Source: Myxococcales bacterium (GTDB taxonomy: Bacteria > Myxococcota_A > UBA9042). Taken from it: 64,000 nucleotides of DNA. The stretch's first letter is position 1. The number at the start of each line of letters is the position of its first letter. Under the pieces are notes generated by a model, which saw nothing but the letters and a program-made list of their open reading frames with translations, was not told where the DNA came from and searched no databases. Below, piece after piece: positions 54,603-64,000 of this stretch. A program made the position numbers and the translations under genes. The DNA is taken from contig CANMNA010000002.1 of the NCBI GenBank assembly GCA_947499075.1, positions 1,287-65,286 of the forward strand, in the 5' to 3' direction.

Positions 54603-55607
54603 ATGGAAACGCTGCTCAAGCGCCACTTCTGGATCCTGGCCCTCTTGGGCCTGGCGGTGTTGGCGTACCTGGCCGCGGGCTCGGTCAGCGCGCTGATTGG
54701 CGTTCAGTTGGCCAAAGGCTCGCGCGGCGACGAGAAGCCCCAGCTTGCCGCCGCCGGTGGCGAGTCGGGGCTGGCCAAGCGCCTGCGCGATGGTCGGCTG
54801 CGCGACGAGTCGGGCGCGGTCATGGCCGGCCGCTCAATGTTTCTGCTCGAAGAGCCGCCGCCGCCGCCCGAAGAAGGCACTGACGAAGAGCCTTCCGGCA
54901 GCGATGAAGCGGCAGCGCCACCGCCCGATCCGACTTACGAGCCGACAACGCTGCCGATCAAACTGATGGGCACGCTGGTCGTCACGCCGGATACGTGGTC
55001 GAGCGCCACCATCGAGTTGGAGAAGACCACCCAAAAGATTGTCACGGTCGGCATGGAGCTGCTGGACGGCAAGGCCACCGTGGTGGCGATCCGCCGCAAT
55101 TACCTGGTGCTGCGCGAAGGCGACAAGCTGACGACCGCGCGGATGTTCCAAAACGAAGGCGGCGACAAGACCGCGGGCGGCGAAAACCCGGGCGGTCGCC
55201 CGCCACCCGCGGAACCGCGCCCGACGCCGGCTCCTGCGCGCACCGCCGATGCAGAGCCGGCTGTCCAAGGCGTCAAGAAAGTCGGTGAGGGCACCTACAA
55301 CCTGGACCGCAGCCACGTCAACGACAAGCTCAAGGATGTCACGACGCTGGGCACCCAGGTCCGGGTAGTGCCCAACTACAAGGGCGGCAAATACGAAGGC
55401 TTTCGCATGATCGGCATGGGCGGCGAGAGTCTGTTCAAAGACATCGGCTTTAACAACGGCGACATCGTGCAGGCCATCAACGGCGAGCGCATCGACAGCC
55501 CGAACAAGGCGCTGGCGCTGTATGAGGCCCTGAAGAACAAGGCGCGGGTCACGGTGCTCATTGAGCGCGATGGCCAGCCCAAAACGTTGCGGTACACGAT
55601 CAAGTAA
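54603..55607 (+). CDS. gspC: Type II secretion system protein GspC-like (TM segment, Pro-rich linker, C-terminal PDZ)
   Basis: The internal ATG at 54603 is followed by a TM helix (WILALLGLAVLAYLAAG). A PDZ-like segment GFRMIGMGGESLFKDIGFNNGDIVQAINGERI is present. It lies immediately upstream of gspD. Confidence 0.6.
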   Translation: METLLKRHFWILALLGLAVLAYLAAGSVSALIGVQLAKGSRGDEKPQLAAAGGESGLAKRLRDGRLRDESGAVMAGRSMFLLEEPPPPPEEGTDEEPSGSDEAAAPPPDPTYEPTTLPIKLMGTLVVTPDTWSSATIELEKTTQKIVTVGMELLDGKATVVAIRRNYLVLREGDKLTTARMFQNEGGDKTAGGENPGGRPPPAEPRPTPAPARTADAEPAVQGVKKVGEGTYNLDRSHVNDKLKDVTTLGTQVRVVPNYKGGKYEGFRMIGMGGESLFKDIGFNNGDIVQAINGERIDSPNKALALYEALKNKARVTVLIERDGQPKTLRYTIK

Positions 55608-55619
55608 GGCTTAGCTCGC

Positions 55620-58475
55620 ATGAATTGTTCAAGAACCTACTTTCGATTGGCCAGCCTGTGTGGCGCAGCGCTGGCCGTGCTGGTGGCAGTGGCAGCCGAC
55701 GCCCAAGAAGCCGCGCCCGACGATGCCAAAGGTGGCGAGCGCGCCATTCCGGTCTCCGGCGGTGCCGGCAAGGTCAGCAAGAAGGCCAAAGACGGCGCGA
55801 TCAAGGCTGGCGGTGGCGGTGCGGGCGTCATCAAGCGCAAGGGCGGGGCCAAGCTTGATCCGGAGTCGGACCCGGCGGCCGCCAGTCGCCGTGCCGACAA
55901 AGCGGACCCAGCTGAGCCCGGCCTGCCGCCGCGTGCTGGCGACACCAAGCCGGACGCAGCGCCCGGTGGTGCTGGCGGCGGTGCTGGCTCACCCAAAGAC
56001 CTGGAGAAGCTCGAAGACGTCATCACGATCAAAAACAACTTCATGGACATCAAGTGCAAGAAGCTGCCGCTGCACTTCAAGGTCACCGTCGATTTTCAAG
56101 ACGCGCCGCTCGAGTCCGTGACCAAGCTGATGAGCTGCTGGATGGACCGCAACTTTGTGGTCGCCACCCAAAAGCGCGGCGGCAAGATCACCATCCTGTC
56201 GCCCCAGCGCGTCAGCGTCTACGAAGCCTACCGCGCGTTTCTGTCGAGCCTGGCGGTCAACGGCTTGTCGATCACCAAGAAGGGCGAGTTCCACCACATC
56301 GTCGATTCGCCAGACGCCCGCAGCAGCGGAGCGGAAATTTATGGTCCCAAAGGCAATGTCCCCGATTTGGACAACATCGTCACCCGGTTGATTCGCCTCA
56401 AGCACATCGAAGCCAAAGACGCCGAGCCGATCTTGAGCAAATTCAAGTCCAAGGGCGGAGATTTGTTCATCTACGCCCCGACCAACACGATTATCTTGAC
56501 CGATCAGGGCAGCAATATCCGGACCATTTTGAAATTGCTGCAGGAAATCGACCTGCCGCTGGGCTCGGACAAGATCTTTATCCGGCCGGTTCAAAACATG
56601 GATGCCGCGGAATTGGTCGAAAAAATCAACGCCGTGTTTGGCGAAGGCGGCGGCGGCGGCAGTCGGGGTGGCGCGCCTCCCCCTCAAAATGCCGCGTCGG
56701 CTGCCAAAGTCTCGCTGACCAAAGCGATTGCCGACGACCGCAGCAACCAGATCATCCTGATTACCACGCGGTCCAACTACCTCAAGGTCGACGCGCTGAT
56801 CCGGCGGCTAGATGTGCCAATCCCTGGTGAGGGGCAAATTCACATCCACCACTTGGAGAATGCCGACGCCGAAGACGTGTCGCAGACCCTGTCGTCGCTG
56901 ACCGGCGGCGGCGGGGCCAAGGGCGCCAAGGGCGGCAAAGGCGGTGGGGCCAAGGGCGGTGCCTCGACCGCGCTGTTTGGCGGCGAGGTCAAGATCACCG
57001 CACACAAGGCCACCAATGCGCTGGTCATCGAAGCGTCGCTCAAGGACTACATCGCGCTGCAAAAAGTCATCGGTGAGTTGGACCGCCGGCGCAAGCAAGT
57101 CTATGTCGAAGCAGTCATTATGGAAATCTCGACTTCGAAGAGCCGCAAGACCCAGATCGCGGGGTCTGCGGGCACCACGTTCGACATCGGCGGCGCGACC
57201 GTGCCGTTGCTGTTTGGCCTAGGCGGCTTGGGCATGTCCGGCGTATCGCTGCAGCAACTCAATCAGGGTGGCTTCGCGGCCGGCATGCAAGGTCCGCTGC
57301 TGCAGGTCAACGCCGGCAACAGCGGCAACAGTGGCGTGCCTGCTGGGGTGACACTGTCGATTCCAGCGTTTGGTTTTCTGATCCAGGCGATCCAGGAGAA
57401 TAGCGATGTCAACGTGTTGTCAACGCCGCACATCCTGACGCTGAACAACGAAGAGGCCGAGATTCAGGTCGGCCGCAAAGTGCCGTACCGCTCGCAGACG
57501 ATGGGCGGTCTGGGCGGTCTGGGTGGCGCACTCGGTGGTCTGGGCGGCGCCGCGGCAGGCGCGCTGGGCGGACTAGGCGCGCTGGGCGGCCTGGGTGGCC
57601 TGGGCGGAGGCACGGTGCAGTTCCTTGACGTCGACCTGACCCTAAAAATCACGCCGCAGATCAACGAGAGCGATTTCATCAAGCTCAAGATTGACCAGCA
57701 GTTGCAAGAAGTGGAAGGCATCGACCCCAACCTCGGGCCGACGACCAGCAAGCGCAAGGTCGTCAACACCGTGGTGGTGCGCGATCAGCAGCCGGTCGTC
57801 ATCGGCGGCCTGATCACCGACCGCGAGACCACCGGCGTGGCCAAGGTGCCGGTCTTGGGTGATTTGCCGCTGATTGGCATGCTGTTTCGCAAGTCGACCA
57901 AGCTCATCGAGAAGAAGAACCTGCTGCTGATCGTGGTGCCGCACATCATCAAGGATCCCAGCGATCTCGAAAAGATGCACGAGACCAAGATGGAGCAGAT
58001 TCGCCAGTTTGCCGAAGAGCTGGCGACCAAGCACAAGGAATACGAGGGCAAGTTCAACTACGCCAAGAAGAAAGGTTTTCTCGAAACCGTGTTCCAAGCG
58101 GTCGAGAAGAGCGCCAACCAGCGCAAGCAGTTGGAGAAGGCCTACTACGACAACCAGGACGTCGACAAGGTCGGCGCGCCCGACAGCCATGACTTGGAGT
58201 ACGACCCGGCCAAGGCCAAAGCGCCGGACAAGGACGCCAAGAAAGCCGATGGTGCTGGCAAGAAGCCAGACGAGGTCGAAGACACTACCGAGGATGGCCC
58301 CGGCATCGAAGTCATTGAATTGCCCGAAGATGGCACGCCCGGCACCGCACCCGCCACCAAAGACGGGCCAAAGTCGGAGCCCAAGGCCAAGCCAGCCGTC
58401 AAGCCGCCTGTGGTCGCGCCTGCCAAGGGCAAAGCGGCTGTGCCCGTCAAGAAGAAGAAGAAGGGTGCGAAGTGA
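55620..58475 (+). CDS. gspD: Type II secretion secretin GspD with Gly-rich inserts and a Lys/Pro/Ala-rich C-terminal tail
   Basis: A signal peptide and N domains are present. The secretin core is VLSTPHILTLNNEEAEIQVG ... GGLITD ... VPVLGDLPLIG. Confidence 0.85.
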   Translation: MNCSRTYFRLASLCGAALAVLVAVAADAQEAAPDDAKGGERAIPVSGGAGKVSKKAKDGAIKAGGGGAGVIKRKGGAKLDPESDPAAASRRADKADPAEPGLPPRAGDTKPDAAPGGAGGGAGSPKDLEKLEDVITIKNNFMDIKCKKLPLHFKVTVDFQDAPLESVTKLMSCWMDRNFVVATQKRGGKITILSPQRVSVYEAYRAFLSSLAVNGLSITKKGEFHHIVDSPDARSSGAEIYGPKGNVPDLDNIVTRLIRLKHIEAKDAEPILSKFKSKGGDLFIYAPTNTIILTDQGSNIRTILKLLQEIDLPLGSDKIFIRPVQNMDAAELVEKINAVFGEGGGGGSRGGAPPPQNAASAAKVSLTKAIADDRSNQIILITTRSNYLKVDALIRRLDVPIPGEGQIHIHHLENADAEDVSQTLSSLTGGGGAKGAKGGKGGGAKGGASTALFGGEVKITAHKATNALVIEASLKDYIALQKVIGELDRRRKQVYVEAVIMEISTSKSRKTQIAGSAGTTFDIGGATVPLLFGLGGLGMSGVSLQQLNQGGFAAGMQGPLLQVNAGNSGNSGVPAGVTLSIPAFGFLIQAIQENSDVNVLSTPHILTLNNEEAEIQVGRKVPYRSQTMGGLGGLGGALGGLGGAAAGALGGLGALGGLGGLGGGTVQFLDVDLTLKITPQINESDFIKLKIDQQLQEVEGIDPNLGPTTSKRKVVNTVVVRDQQPVVIGGLITDRETTGVAKVPVLGDLPLIGMLFRKSTKLIEKKNLLLIVVPHIIKDPSDLEKMHETKMEQIRQFAEELATKHKEYEGKFNYAKKKGFLETVFQAVEKSANQRKQLEKAYYDNQDVDKVGAPDSHDLEYDPAKAKAPDKDAKKADGAGKKPDEVEDTTEDGPGIEVIELPEDGTPGTAPATKDGPKSEPKAKPAVKPPVVAPAKGKAAVPVKKKKKGAK

Positions 58476-60196
58476 TCGACGCCCGCCCCATCGGCCAAAT
58501 CTTGGTTGCGCGCGGCCACTGCAGCGACGAGCAGGTGCGCAGTGCGCTGTTGACGCAGGGCGACAAGGGCGGCCTGCTGGGCGAGCTGTTGGTGCAGCAA
58601 GGCTCGACCACCAAGCTGCAGGTGCTCGAAAGCTTGGGCGCGCAGTTTGGCTTGTCGGTTCAGCCCAAGGTCGATGAAGAGGCGATTGACGTCAGCCTGG
58701 TCGGGCCGCTGTCGATCTCGTATGCGCGCGAAGCCGAAGTGCTGCCGATCCGCAACGACAATGGCGTGCTGACCGTCGCCATCAGCAATCCGCTGGCGGT
58801 GGGCGCCCTAGACGACCTGCGCGTGCTGTTTGGCGGCGTGCGGATCGACCCGATCTTGGTCACCCAAGACGTGCTCAACGCCGCCATCAACTACAGCTTC
58901 GACCGCCGGGCCCGCGCCGACCAAGTGGTCGACGACATGGAGAAAGGCGACTCGGGCGTGGCCGACATCGCCTTGGAGTTGGAAGACGCCAGCAAAGACA
59001 TTTTGGACGAGGACGACGAAGCGCCGATCATCCGGTTGGTCAATTCGGTGCTCAACCAGGCCGCCAAAGAGCGCGTCAGCGACATCCACATTGAGCCGAT
59101 GGAGAAGCACGTCATCGTGCGCTTCCGCAAAGACGGCGTGCTCAAGGAAGTAGTCAAGACTTCCAAGAAGTTTCAGCCGTCGATCACCTCGCGCGTCAAG
59201 ATCATGGGTGGCCTGAACATTGCCGAGAAGCGCTTGCCGCAAGATGGCCGCATCCGGATCAAGGTGGCCGGTCGCGACATCGACTTGCGCTTGAGCACGA
59301 TTCCGACGGCCCACGGCGAGCGGATCGTGATGCGTCTGCTGGACAAGACCAGCACTACGCTGGATCTCAAAGTGCTGGGTATGCGCGACGAAGTGCGGCT
59401 GGCGATTGACCAAATCGTCCATCGACCCAACGGCATTTTTCTGTGCACGGGCCCTACGGGTTCAGGCAAGACGACCACGCTGTATTCGGCGCTGATGACG
59501 ATCAACAAGCCCGATATCAACATCTTGACCATCGAGGACCCGGTCGAATACCAGCTCGAAGGCATTGGCCAGATGCAGGTCAACCCCAAGATCGAGTTCA
59601 CCTTCGCCCGCGGTCTGCGCGCCACCCTGCGCCAAGATCCGGATGTGGTGCTGGTCGGCGAAATTCGCGATTTGGAAACTGCGGAAATTGCAGTACAAGC
59701 CGCGCTCACCGGCCACTTGGTGCTCAGCACGGTGCACACCAATGACGCCGCCTCAACCTTTACCCGCATGATCGACATGGGCGTCGAGCCGTTTCTGCTG
59801 TCGAGCTCGATCTGCGGCATCTTGGCCCAGCGGCTGATTCGGACCTTGTGCAAGGATTGCCGGCTGCCGCATGTGCCGACCGGGCTCGAAATCGAGCAAC
59901 TAGGCATGGACAAAGGCGATCCTCGCCTGAAGACCGCGACGTTTTACCGCGCCAAGGGTTGTCCGCAGTGCTCGATGTCGGGCTACGCTGGGCGATCGGG
60001 CCTGCATGAACTCTTGATTCCGACAGAAGAAATCAAGCGCCTAGTCGTCAGCCGTGCCGACGCAGGCGCCATCAAGAAGGCGGCGGTCGCCCAAGGCATG
60101 CAGACGCTGCTGACCGACGGCGCCATCAAGTGCATGTTGGGCAAGACCACGGTCGAAGAAGTCATGCGCATCGCCAACGCCGACGAGGCCGAGTAA
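58472..60196 (+). CDS. gspE: Type II secretion ATPase GspE
   Basis: An N-terminal GspE_N-like domain is present. The Walker A is GPTGSGKTTT. The Asp box, His box and the zinc tetracysteine (CKDC...CPQC) are present. The GTG start overlaps the gspD stop. Confidence 0.85.
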   Translation: MIDARPIGQILVARGHCSDEQVRSALLTQGDKGGLLGELLVQQGSTTKLQVLESLGAQFGLSVQPKVDEEAIDVSLVGPLSISYAREAEVLPIRNDNGVLTVAISNPLAVGALDDLRVLFGGVRIDPILVTQDVLNAAINYSFDRRARADQVVDDMEKGDSGVADIALELEDASKDILDEDDEAPIIRLVNSVLNQAAKERVSDIHIEPMEKHVIVRFRKDGVLKEVVKTSKKFQPSITSRVKIMGGLNIAEKRLPQDGRIRIKVAGRDIDLRLSTIPTAHGERIVMRLLDKTSTTLDLKVLGMRDEVRLAIDQIVHRPNGIFLCTGPTGSGKTTTLYSALMTINKPDINILTIEDPVEYQLEGIGQMQVNPKIEFTFARGLRATLRQDPDVVLVGEIRDLETAEIAVQAALTGHLVLSTVHTNDAASTFTRMIDMGVEPFLLSSSICGILAQRLIRTLCKDCRLPHVPTGLEIEQLGMDKGDPRLKTATFYRAKGCPQCSMSGYAGRSGLHELLIPTEEIKRLVVSRADAGAIKKAAVAQGMQTLLTDGAIKCMLGKTTVEEVMRIANADEAE

Positions 60197-60198
60197 CC

Positions 60199-61467
60199 AT
60201 GCCGGTCTTTGAATACAGCGGCAAGGACGCCACCGGGCGCACCGTCAAAGGCACGCTCGACGCCGACAGCGTGCGCGGTCTCAAGACGATCTTGCGCCGC
60301 GACAAGGTGTTCCTGACCGAGTACCGCGAAGCCGCAGCCAAGGGTGCCAAGGGCCAAAAGGTCAAGGCCGGCGGCGAGCAAAAGGCGGGATCGCGCGAGG
60401 TCGACTTCTCCGAGCTCTTCAACGGCATTTCGCCGCAGGACATCGCCGAGATGACGCGCCAGCTGGCGACCTTGCTCAAGGCGACGGTGCCGCTGGTCGA
60501 AGCGCTGGGTGCGATCACCGAGCAGGTCGAAAATCCCAAGCTCAAGCGGGTCATGGCCAAAGTCAGGACCGATGTCAACGAGGGCGCGCCGTTCTGGCGG
60601 TCGTTGGCGGTCCACGACCGGGTGTTTGAGAACACCTATTACAACATGGTCCGCGCCGGTGAGTCGGCCGGCAATCTGGACATTGTGCTGCTGCGGCTGG
60701 CCGACTTTTCGGAGAGCCAGGTCAAGCTGCGCAACAAGCTGATTGGCGCCTTGACCTATCCAATCATCATGTTGTGCATCTCGCTGCTGATTGTGACCGG
60801 CATGATGATCTTCGTGGTGCCCACGATCACCGCGATGTTCACCGACTTGGGCGCCGACTTGCCGTTGATCACCAAGATGTTGATCGCGTTTTCGGCGGCG
60901 CTGACCAAGTTCTGGTGGCTGGGCGTGGTCGGGGCCTTTTTCGCCTGGCGCGGCTTTGTCCGCTGGAAGCGCAGCGAGGCCGGCGCCGAGCGCTGGGACA
61001 AGAGCATCCTGAAAATTCCAGTGCTGGGCGACTTGCTGCGGCGCATTGCGATTGCACGGTTTTCGCGCACGCTGGGGACCCTGCTGAGCTCGGGCGTGCC
61101 GCTGCTGACGGCGCTGGAAATCGTCGAGAACGTGGTCGCCAACCGCATTCTGGCCAAAGTGGTGGCCGAAGCGCGCAACGCGATTCGCGAGGGCGACAAC
61201 ATTGCCGGGCCGCTCAAGCGGTCGGGCGAGTTTCCGCCGATGGTGGTGCACATGGTGGCGATCGGCGAGAAGTCGGGCGAGCTCGAAGGCATGCTGCGCA
61301 ACATTGCCGAGAGCTACGAAAACCAAGTCGATACGCGGGTGCAGGCGCTGACCAGCTTGCTGGAACCGCTGATGATTGTGTTCATGGGTGTCGTGGTTGG
61401 CTTTCTGGTGGCAGCGATTCTGCTGCCGATGATGAAGCTGACCCAAGCAGTGCAACAAGGAGGTTGA
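60199..61467 (+). CDS. gspF: Type II secretion inner-membrane platform protein GspF
   Basis: Two GspF repeats are present, with 3 TM segments. The start is assigned to the ATG 3 nt after the gspE stop (MPVFEYSGKD). Confidence 0.85.
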   Translation: MPVFEYSGKDATGRTVKGTLDADSVRGLKTILRRDKVFLTEYREAAAKGAKGQKVKAGGEQKAGSREVDFSELFNGISPQDIAEMTRQLATLLKATVPLVEALGAITEQVENPKLKRVMAKVRTDVNEGAPFWRSLAVHDRVFENTYYNMVRAGESAGNLDIVLLRLADFSESQVKLRNKLIGALTYPIIMLCISLLIVTGMMIFVVPTITAMFTDLGADLPLITKMLIAFSAALTKFWWLGVVGAFFAWRGFVRWKRSEAGAERWDKSILKIPVLGDLLRRIAIARFSRTLGTLLSSGVPLLTALEIVENVVANRILAKVVAEARNAIREGDNIAGPLKRSGEFPPMVVHMVAIGEKSGELEGMLRNIAESYENQVDTRVQALTSLLEPLMIVFMGVVVGFLVAAILLPMMKLTQAVQQGG

Positions 61468-61468
61468 G

Positions 61469-61918
61469 ATGCAGTTCAACAGCAAGGATTTTCAGCAGAT
61501 TGCCATTTTGGCACAGCGCCAGAGCGGCCCGGCGCAGCCCAATGACCCAGCACAGCGCGGCATGACGCTCATCGAGATCATGGTGGTCATCGTCATCATC
61601 GGCGTGCTCGGATCGGCGCTTGCGTACGGCGTGTTCGGGGCCTTGGGCGAAGCCAAGGAAGACGTGTGCAAGGCCCAGATTGCCAACGTCGGCCAAGTCG
61701 TCGAGGCCTACGAGGCCAAGAACGGCGAGTACCCGCAGAGCTTGCAGATGCTGTCTGAGGGCAAAAAAGCCAAGCTCAAGCCCGACAACCTCAAGGATCC
61801 GTGGAAGCGCGACCTGCAGTACTCGGCCAGCGGCGATGCCTTTACGTTGTGCAGCAGCGGCACCGACAAGAAGTCGGGCACCGAAGACGACATCTGCTAC
61901 GGCGGCAAGGGCAAGTAG
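61469..61918 (+). CDS. gspG: Major pseudopilin GspG (unusually long 31-aa leader)
   Basis: The prepilin site is RG|MTLIEIMVVIVIIGVL with Glu at +5. The Ca-loop-like region is GDAFTLCSSGTDKKSGTEDD. Confidence 0.75.
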   Translation: MQFNSKDFQQIAILAQRQSGPAQPNDPAQRGMTLIEIMVVIVIIGVLGSALAYGVFGALGEAKEDVCKAQIANVGQVVEAYEAKNGEYPQSLQMLSEGKKAKLKPDNLKDPWKRDLQYSASGDAFTLCSSGTDKKSGTEDDICYGGKGK

Positions 61919-61921
61919 GCC

Positions 61922-62554
61922 ATGAAGTCCAGCCGCGGCTTTACGCTGATCGAATTGGTCGCCACCGTGGCGATCATCGGCATCGTCACGGCGGCCGTTG
62001 CGACCGGCGTCAACAACATCCGCGGCGCCTCGGTCCAAGCCGAAGCAGGCAAAATCGCGGTCGCGGTCCGGTACTTGTACAACTTGGCGGTCGTCTCCGG
62101 GCGCAACCAGCGCTTGGTCATCGACATCGATGGCAAGGCGTGGTGGGGCGAAGAGCAGACCAGCGACGACCCGTGCGAAGCGTTCTTGCTGCCCGGCAAG
62201 GACGAAGTCGAGCCCGACAAGCCCAGCGGCAAGGGCGAGACAGTGGAAAAAACTGTTAATTCTGGCGGATTTGAGCCGAGCAAGTCGACACTGTTGCAGA
62301 AGACCGAGCTCGACAAGGGCATCACGTTTTCGGGCGTGATGACCACCCACCAGCAGCAGCCGACCGAAAAAGGCATCGCTTACGTCTACTTTTTTCCCAA
62401 CGGCACCACCGAGCATGCTTACGTGCAGGTCAAGGGCGACGAGGACGACACCACCAGCGTCGAAGTAATTGCCTTACAGGGCACCGCCAAAGTGCACAAC
62501 GAGCCCATCGATCTCAAAGACCTCTACCGCGAATTTCAGCGCGAGGACCAGTAG
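61922..62554 (+). CDS. Minor pseudopilin (GspH-like)
   Basis: The prepilin motif is RG|FTLIELVATVAIIG. Length is 210 aa. Confidence 0.65.
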   Translation: MKSSRGFTLIELVATVAIIGIVTAAVATGVNNIRGASVQAEAGKIAVAVRYLYNLAVVSGRNQRLVIDIDGKAWWGEEQTSDDPCEAFLLPGKDEVEPDKPSGKGETVEKTVNSGGFEPSKSTLLQKTELDKGITFSGVMTTHQQQPTEKGIAYVYFFPNGTTEHAYVQVKGDEDDTTSVEVIALQGTAKVHNEPIDLKDLYREFQREDQ

Positions 62555-63421
62555 ATGCGCAAGGGCTTTACGCTGATGGAAGTGATGGTGGCGATGGCCG
62601 TGCTGGCCTTTGCGCTGACCATTATTACCGGCGCGGCCTCGTCGTCATCGGCCTACTCCAAGCGCGTGTACCGCAGCACGGTGGCGGCTTTGCTGTTGCG
62701 CGGGACCATGCTCGACATCGAGGAGAAGTACCGCAAAGAGGGCTTTCCGACCAACGACCTGCAGGGCCGAGACTGCGAGTTGCCCAAGAGCTACGCCAAG
62801 CAGTTCCGCTGCAAGTACGACTTAATCGGCTTAAACCTGGACGACGCGTCGATCGCCGACATGACGACCCAGGCCAACACCCTGTTGGCCAAAGCCCAGG
62901 AGACCATGGCCCAATCGGGCGCGCTGGACAAGCTCTCCGGCGAAGGTGGGCCCAAGAAAACCGCCGACCTGAGCAACGCGGCGGCGCAGGCCCAGAGTGC
63001 CGGGCTCGACTTGACCGGCATGTCCAAGGGCGGCGACCTGATGAGCCTGCTCACGGTCATCTTGATGTCGGGCGATGCTGGCCTGAACCTGCTGCAACTG
63101 TGCGATATCAACATCAGCGTGCTGCAGATGTCGATGGGCCTGATGATCAGCGAACTCTTGCCGCGGGTGCTCAAGCGCGCCAGCGACCGCACCCGCAAGG
63201 TCATCGTGCGCCTGCAGTGGAAAGACGAAGAGGGCGACCAGCGCACCCTGGAAATGGAGACGTTTTCGACCGCGGTCAGCCAGGAGGAAGCCGAGGCGAT
63301 CCGCGCCATGAAGCAAAACGAGAAGATCGAGAACGCGGTCGACCCCAATGGCACGATGCAGCCGCAGATTCCGGGGTTGAACAAGATTTTGGGCACGCCG
63401 CGGCCGGGGGCACCGCGATGA
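62555..63421 (+). CDS. Minor pseudopilin (GspI/J-like, 288 aa)
   Basis: The prepilin motif is KG|FTLMEVMVAMAVLAF. Confidence 0.6.
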   Translation: MRKGFTLMEVMVAMAVLAFALTIITGAASSSSAYSKRVYRSTVAALLLRGTMLDIEEKYRKEGFPTNDLQGRDCELPKSYAKQFRCKYDLIGLNLDDASIADMTTQANTLLAKAQETMAQSGALDKLSGEGGPKKTADLSNAAAQAQSAGLDLTGMSKGGDLMSLLTVILMSGDAGLNLLQLCDINISVLQMSMGLMISELLPRVLKRASDRTRKVIVRLQWKDEEGDQRTLEMETFSTAVSQEEAEAIRAMKQNEKIENAVDPNGTMQPQIPGLNKILGTPRPGAPR

Positions 63422-63432
63422 GGGCAACCGCG

Positions 63433-64000
63433 ATGTTTGACCGTGATTTCGCCGCTGCGACCTCACCCCCTAACCCCCTCTCCCTGAAGGGAGAGGGGGG
63501 ACCGGACGGGGTATCGGCCGTGACGAATCGGCAGGTAGTTAGCGGCACCAAAGTGGCGCTCGCTAAGAGTTTCCGGAGACTTGCTACAGACGCGGAGGCT
63601 CAGGCTTGGGGAATTCTACGCAATCGGGGCGTTCTGGGTCTCAAGTTTCGTCGACAGCAGGTCATTTGCGGGTTTGTCGTGGATTTCTACTGTGCTGCCT
63701 TGCGACTGGCGCTCGAGATCGACGGCGAGGTTCACGATTCCGCTGAGGCGATGTGCTTCGACCACGCGCGCTCCGACGTCCTGCGTGCCCATGGAATTCG
63801 AGTCGTCCGTGTTCCGAACCACAACGTGACAGAAGCCGGGCTGTCCGCTGTGCTTTCCCTCTCCCTTCAGGGAGAGGGCCGTTCGGTGCCGGAAGGCACC
63901 GAACGGGGTGAGGTCGGGGCGGGGGCCCACCAGCGCGAACTCGGCTTCACCCTCATCGAAATCATGGTCGCCGTCGCGCTCTTGGCCATGTTGGGCATCA
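63433..64000 (+). CDS. 3'-truncated ORF in which a DUF559 (Vsr-like endonuclease) domain is fused in frame upstream of a prepilin leader/cleavage site (G|FTLIEIMVAVALLAML)
   Basis: A manual frame-1 translation from ATG 63433 has no stop codon to the window end (about 189 codons were checked). Residues ~30-140 match the DUF559 pattern (LRNRGVLGLKFRRQQVICGFVVDFYCAALRLALEIDGEVHD...GIRVVRV). The last 25 codons encode RELGFTLIEIMVAVALLAMLGI. This ORF is absent from the supplied ORF track because it has no stop in the window. Confidence 0.6.
   Translation, partial: MFDRDFAAATSPPNPLSLKGEGGPDGVSAVTNRQVVSGTKVALAKSFRRLATDAEAQAWGILRNRGVLGLKFRRQQVICGFVVDFYCAALRLALEIDGEVHDSAEAMCFDHARSDVLRAHGIRVVRVPNHNVTEAGLSAVLSLSLQGEGRSVPEGTERGEVGAGAHQRELGFTLIEIMVAVALLAMLGI
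63474..63499. repeat. Perfect 11-bp-stem hairpin (ccccctctccc-tgaa-gggagaggggg), the left boundary of the DUF559 cassette
   Basis: Direct reading. Its reverse complement recurs at 63857..63878. Confidence 0.9.
63857..63878. repeat. Hairpin (ccctctccc-ttca-gggagaggg), the right boundary of the DUF559 cassette; inverted copy of 63474..63499
   Basis: Direct reading. Confidence 0.9.

Overview
This is a high-GC (~68%) chromosomal segment whose gene content looks Myxococcota-like. Housekeeping and core genes: the 3' part of lon, ffh, selA, uvrA, mtnA, a tandem-M16 peptidase, a DsbA-like oxidoreductase, a PIN-PhoH (PhoH2) ATPase, a fused ABC exporter, and a minus-strand lipoprotein-maturation operon (lspA-lgt-uppS) joined to a 1405-aa polytopic membrane protein. 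Envelope and accessory content: (1) A minus-strand operon at 18.2-30.1 kb encodes a VWA Cys-rich lipoprotein, two paralogous OM beta-barrels, three TPR proteins (~657/1189/701 aa) and a small secreted protein. This order matches the A-B-C-D-E-F order of Glt/Nfs (gliding-motility / spore-coat) envelope machines. A separate TonB-C (GltG/NfsG-like) gene with a small secreted paralogue sits at 4.4-6.6 kb. (2) A tight cluster of four radical-SAM(-like) genes plus two small ORFs lies at 46.9-53.6 kb, followed by vapBC. (3) A type II secretion cluster gspC-D-E-F-G-H-(I/J) ends with a DUF559 (Vsr-like endonuclease) cassette, bounded by inverted hairpins, fused in frame to the leader of the next pseudopilin. 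Several tandem-repeat arrays and a 150-bp direct repeat on both sides of uvrA are not explained by the genes. No rRNA, tRNA or CRISPR was recognised by eye.
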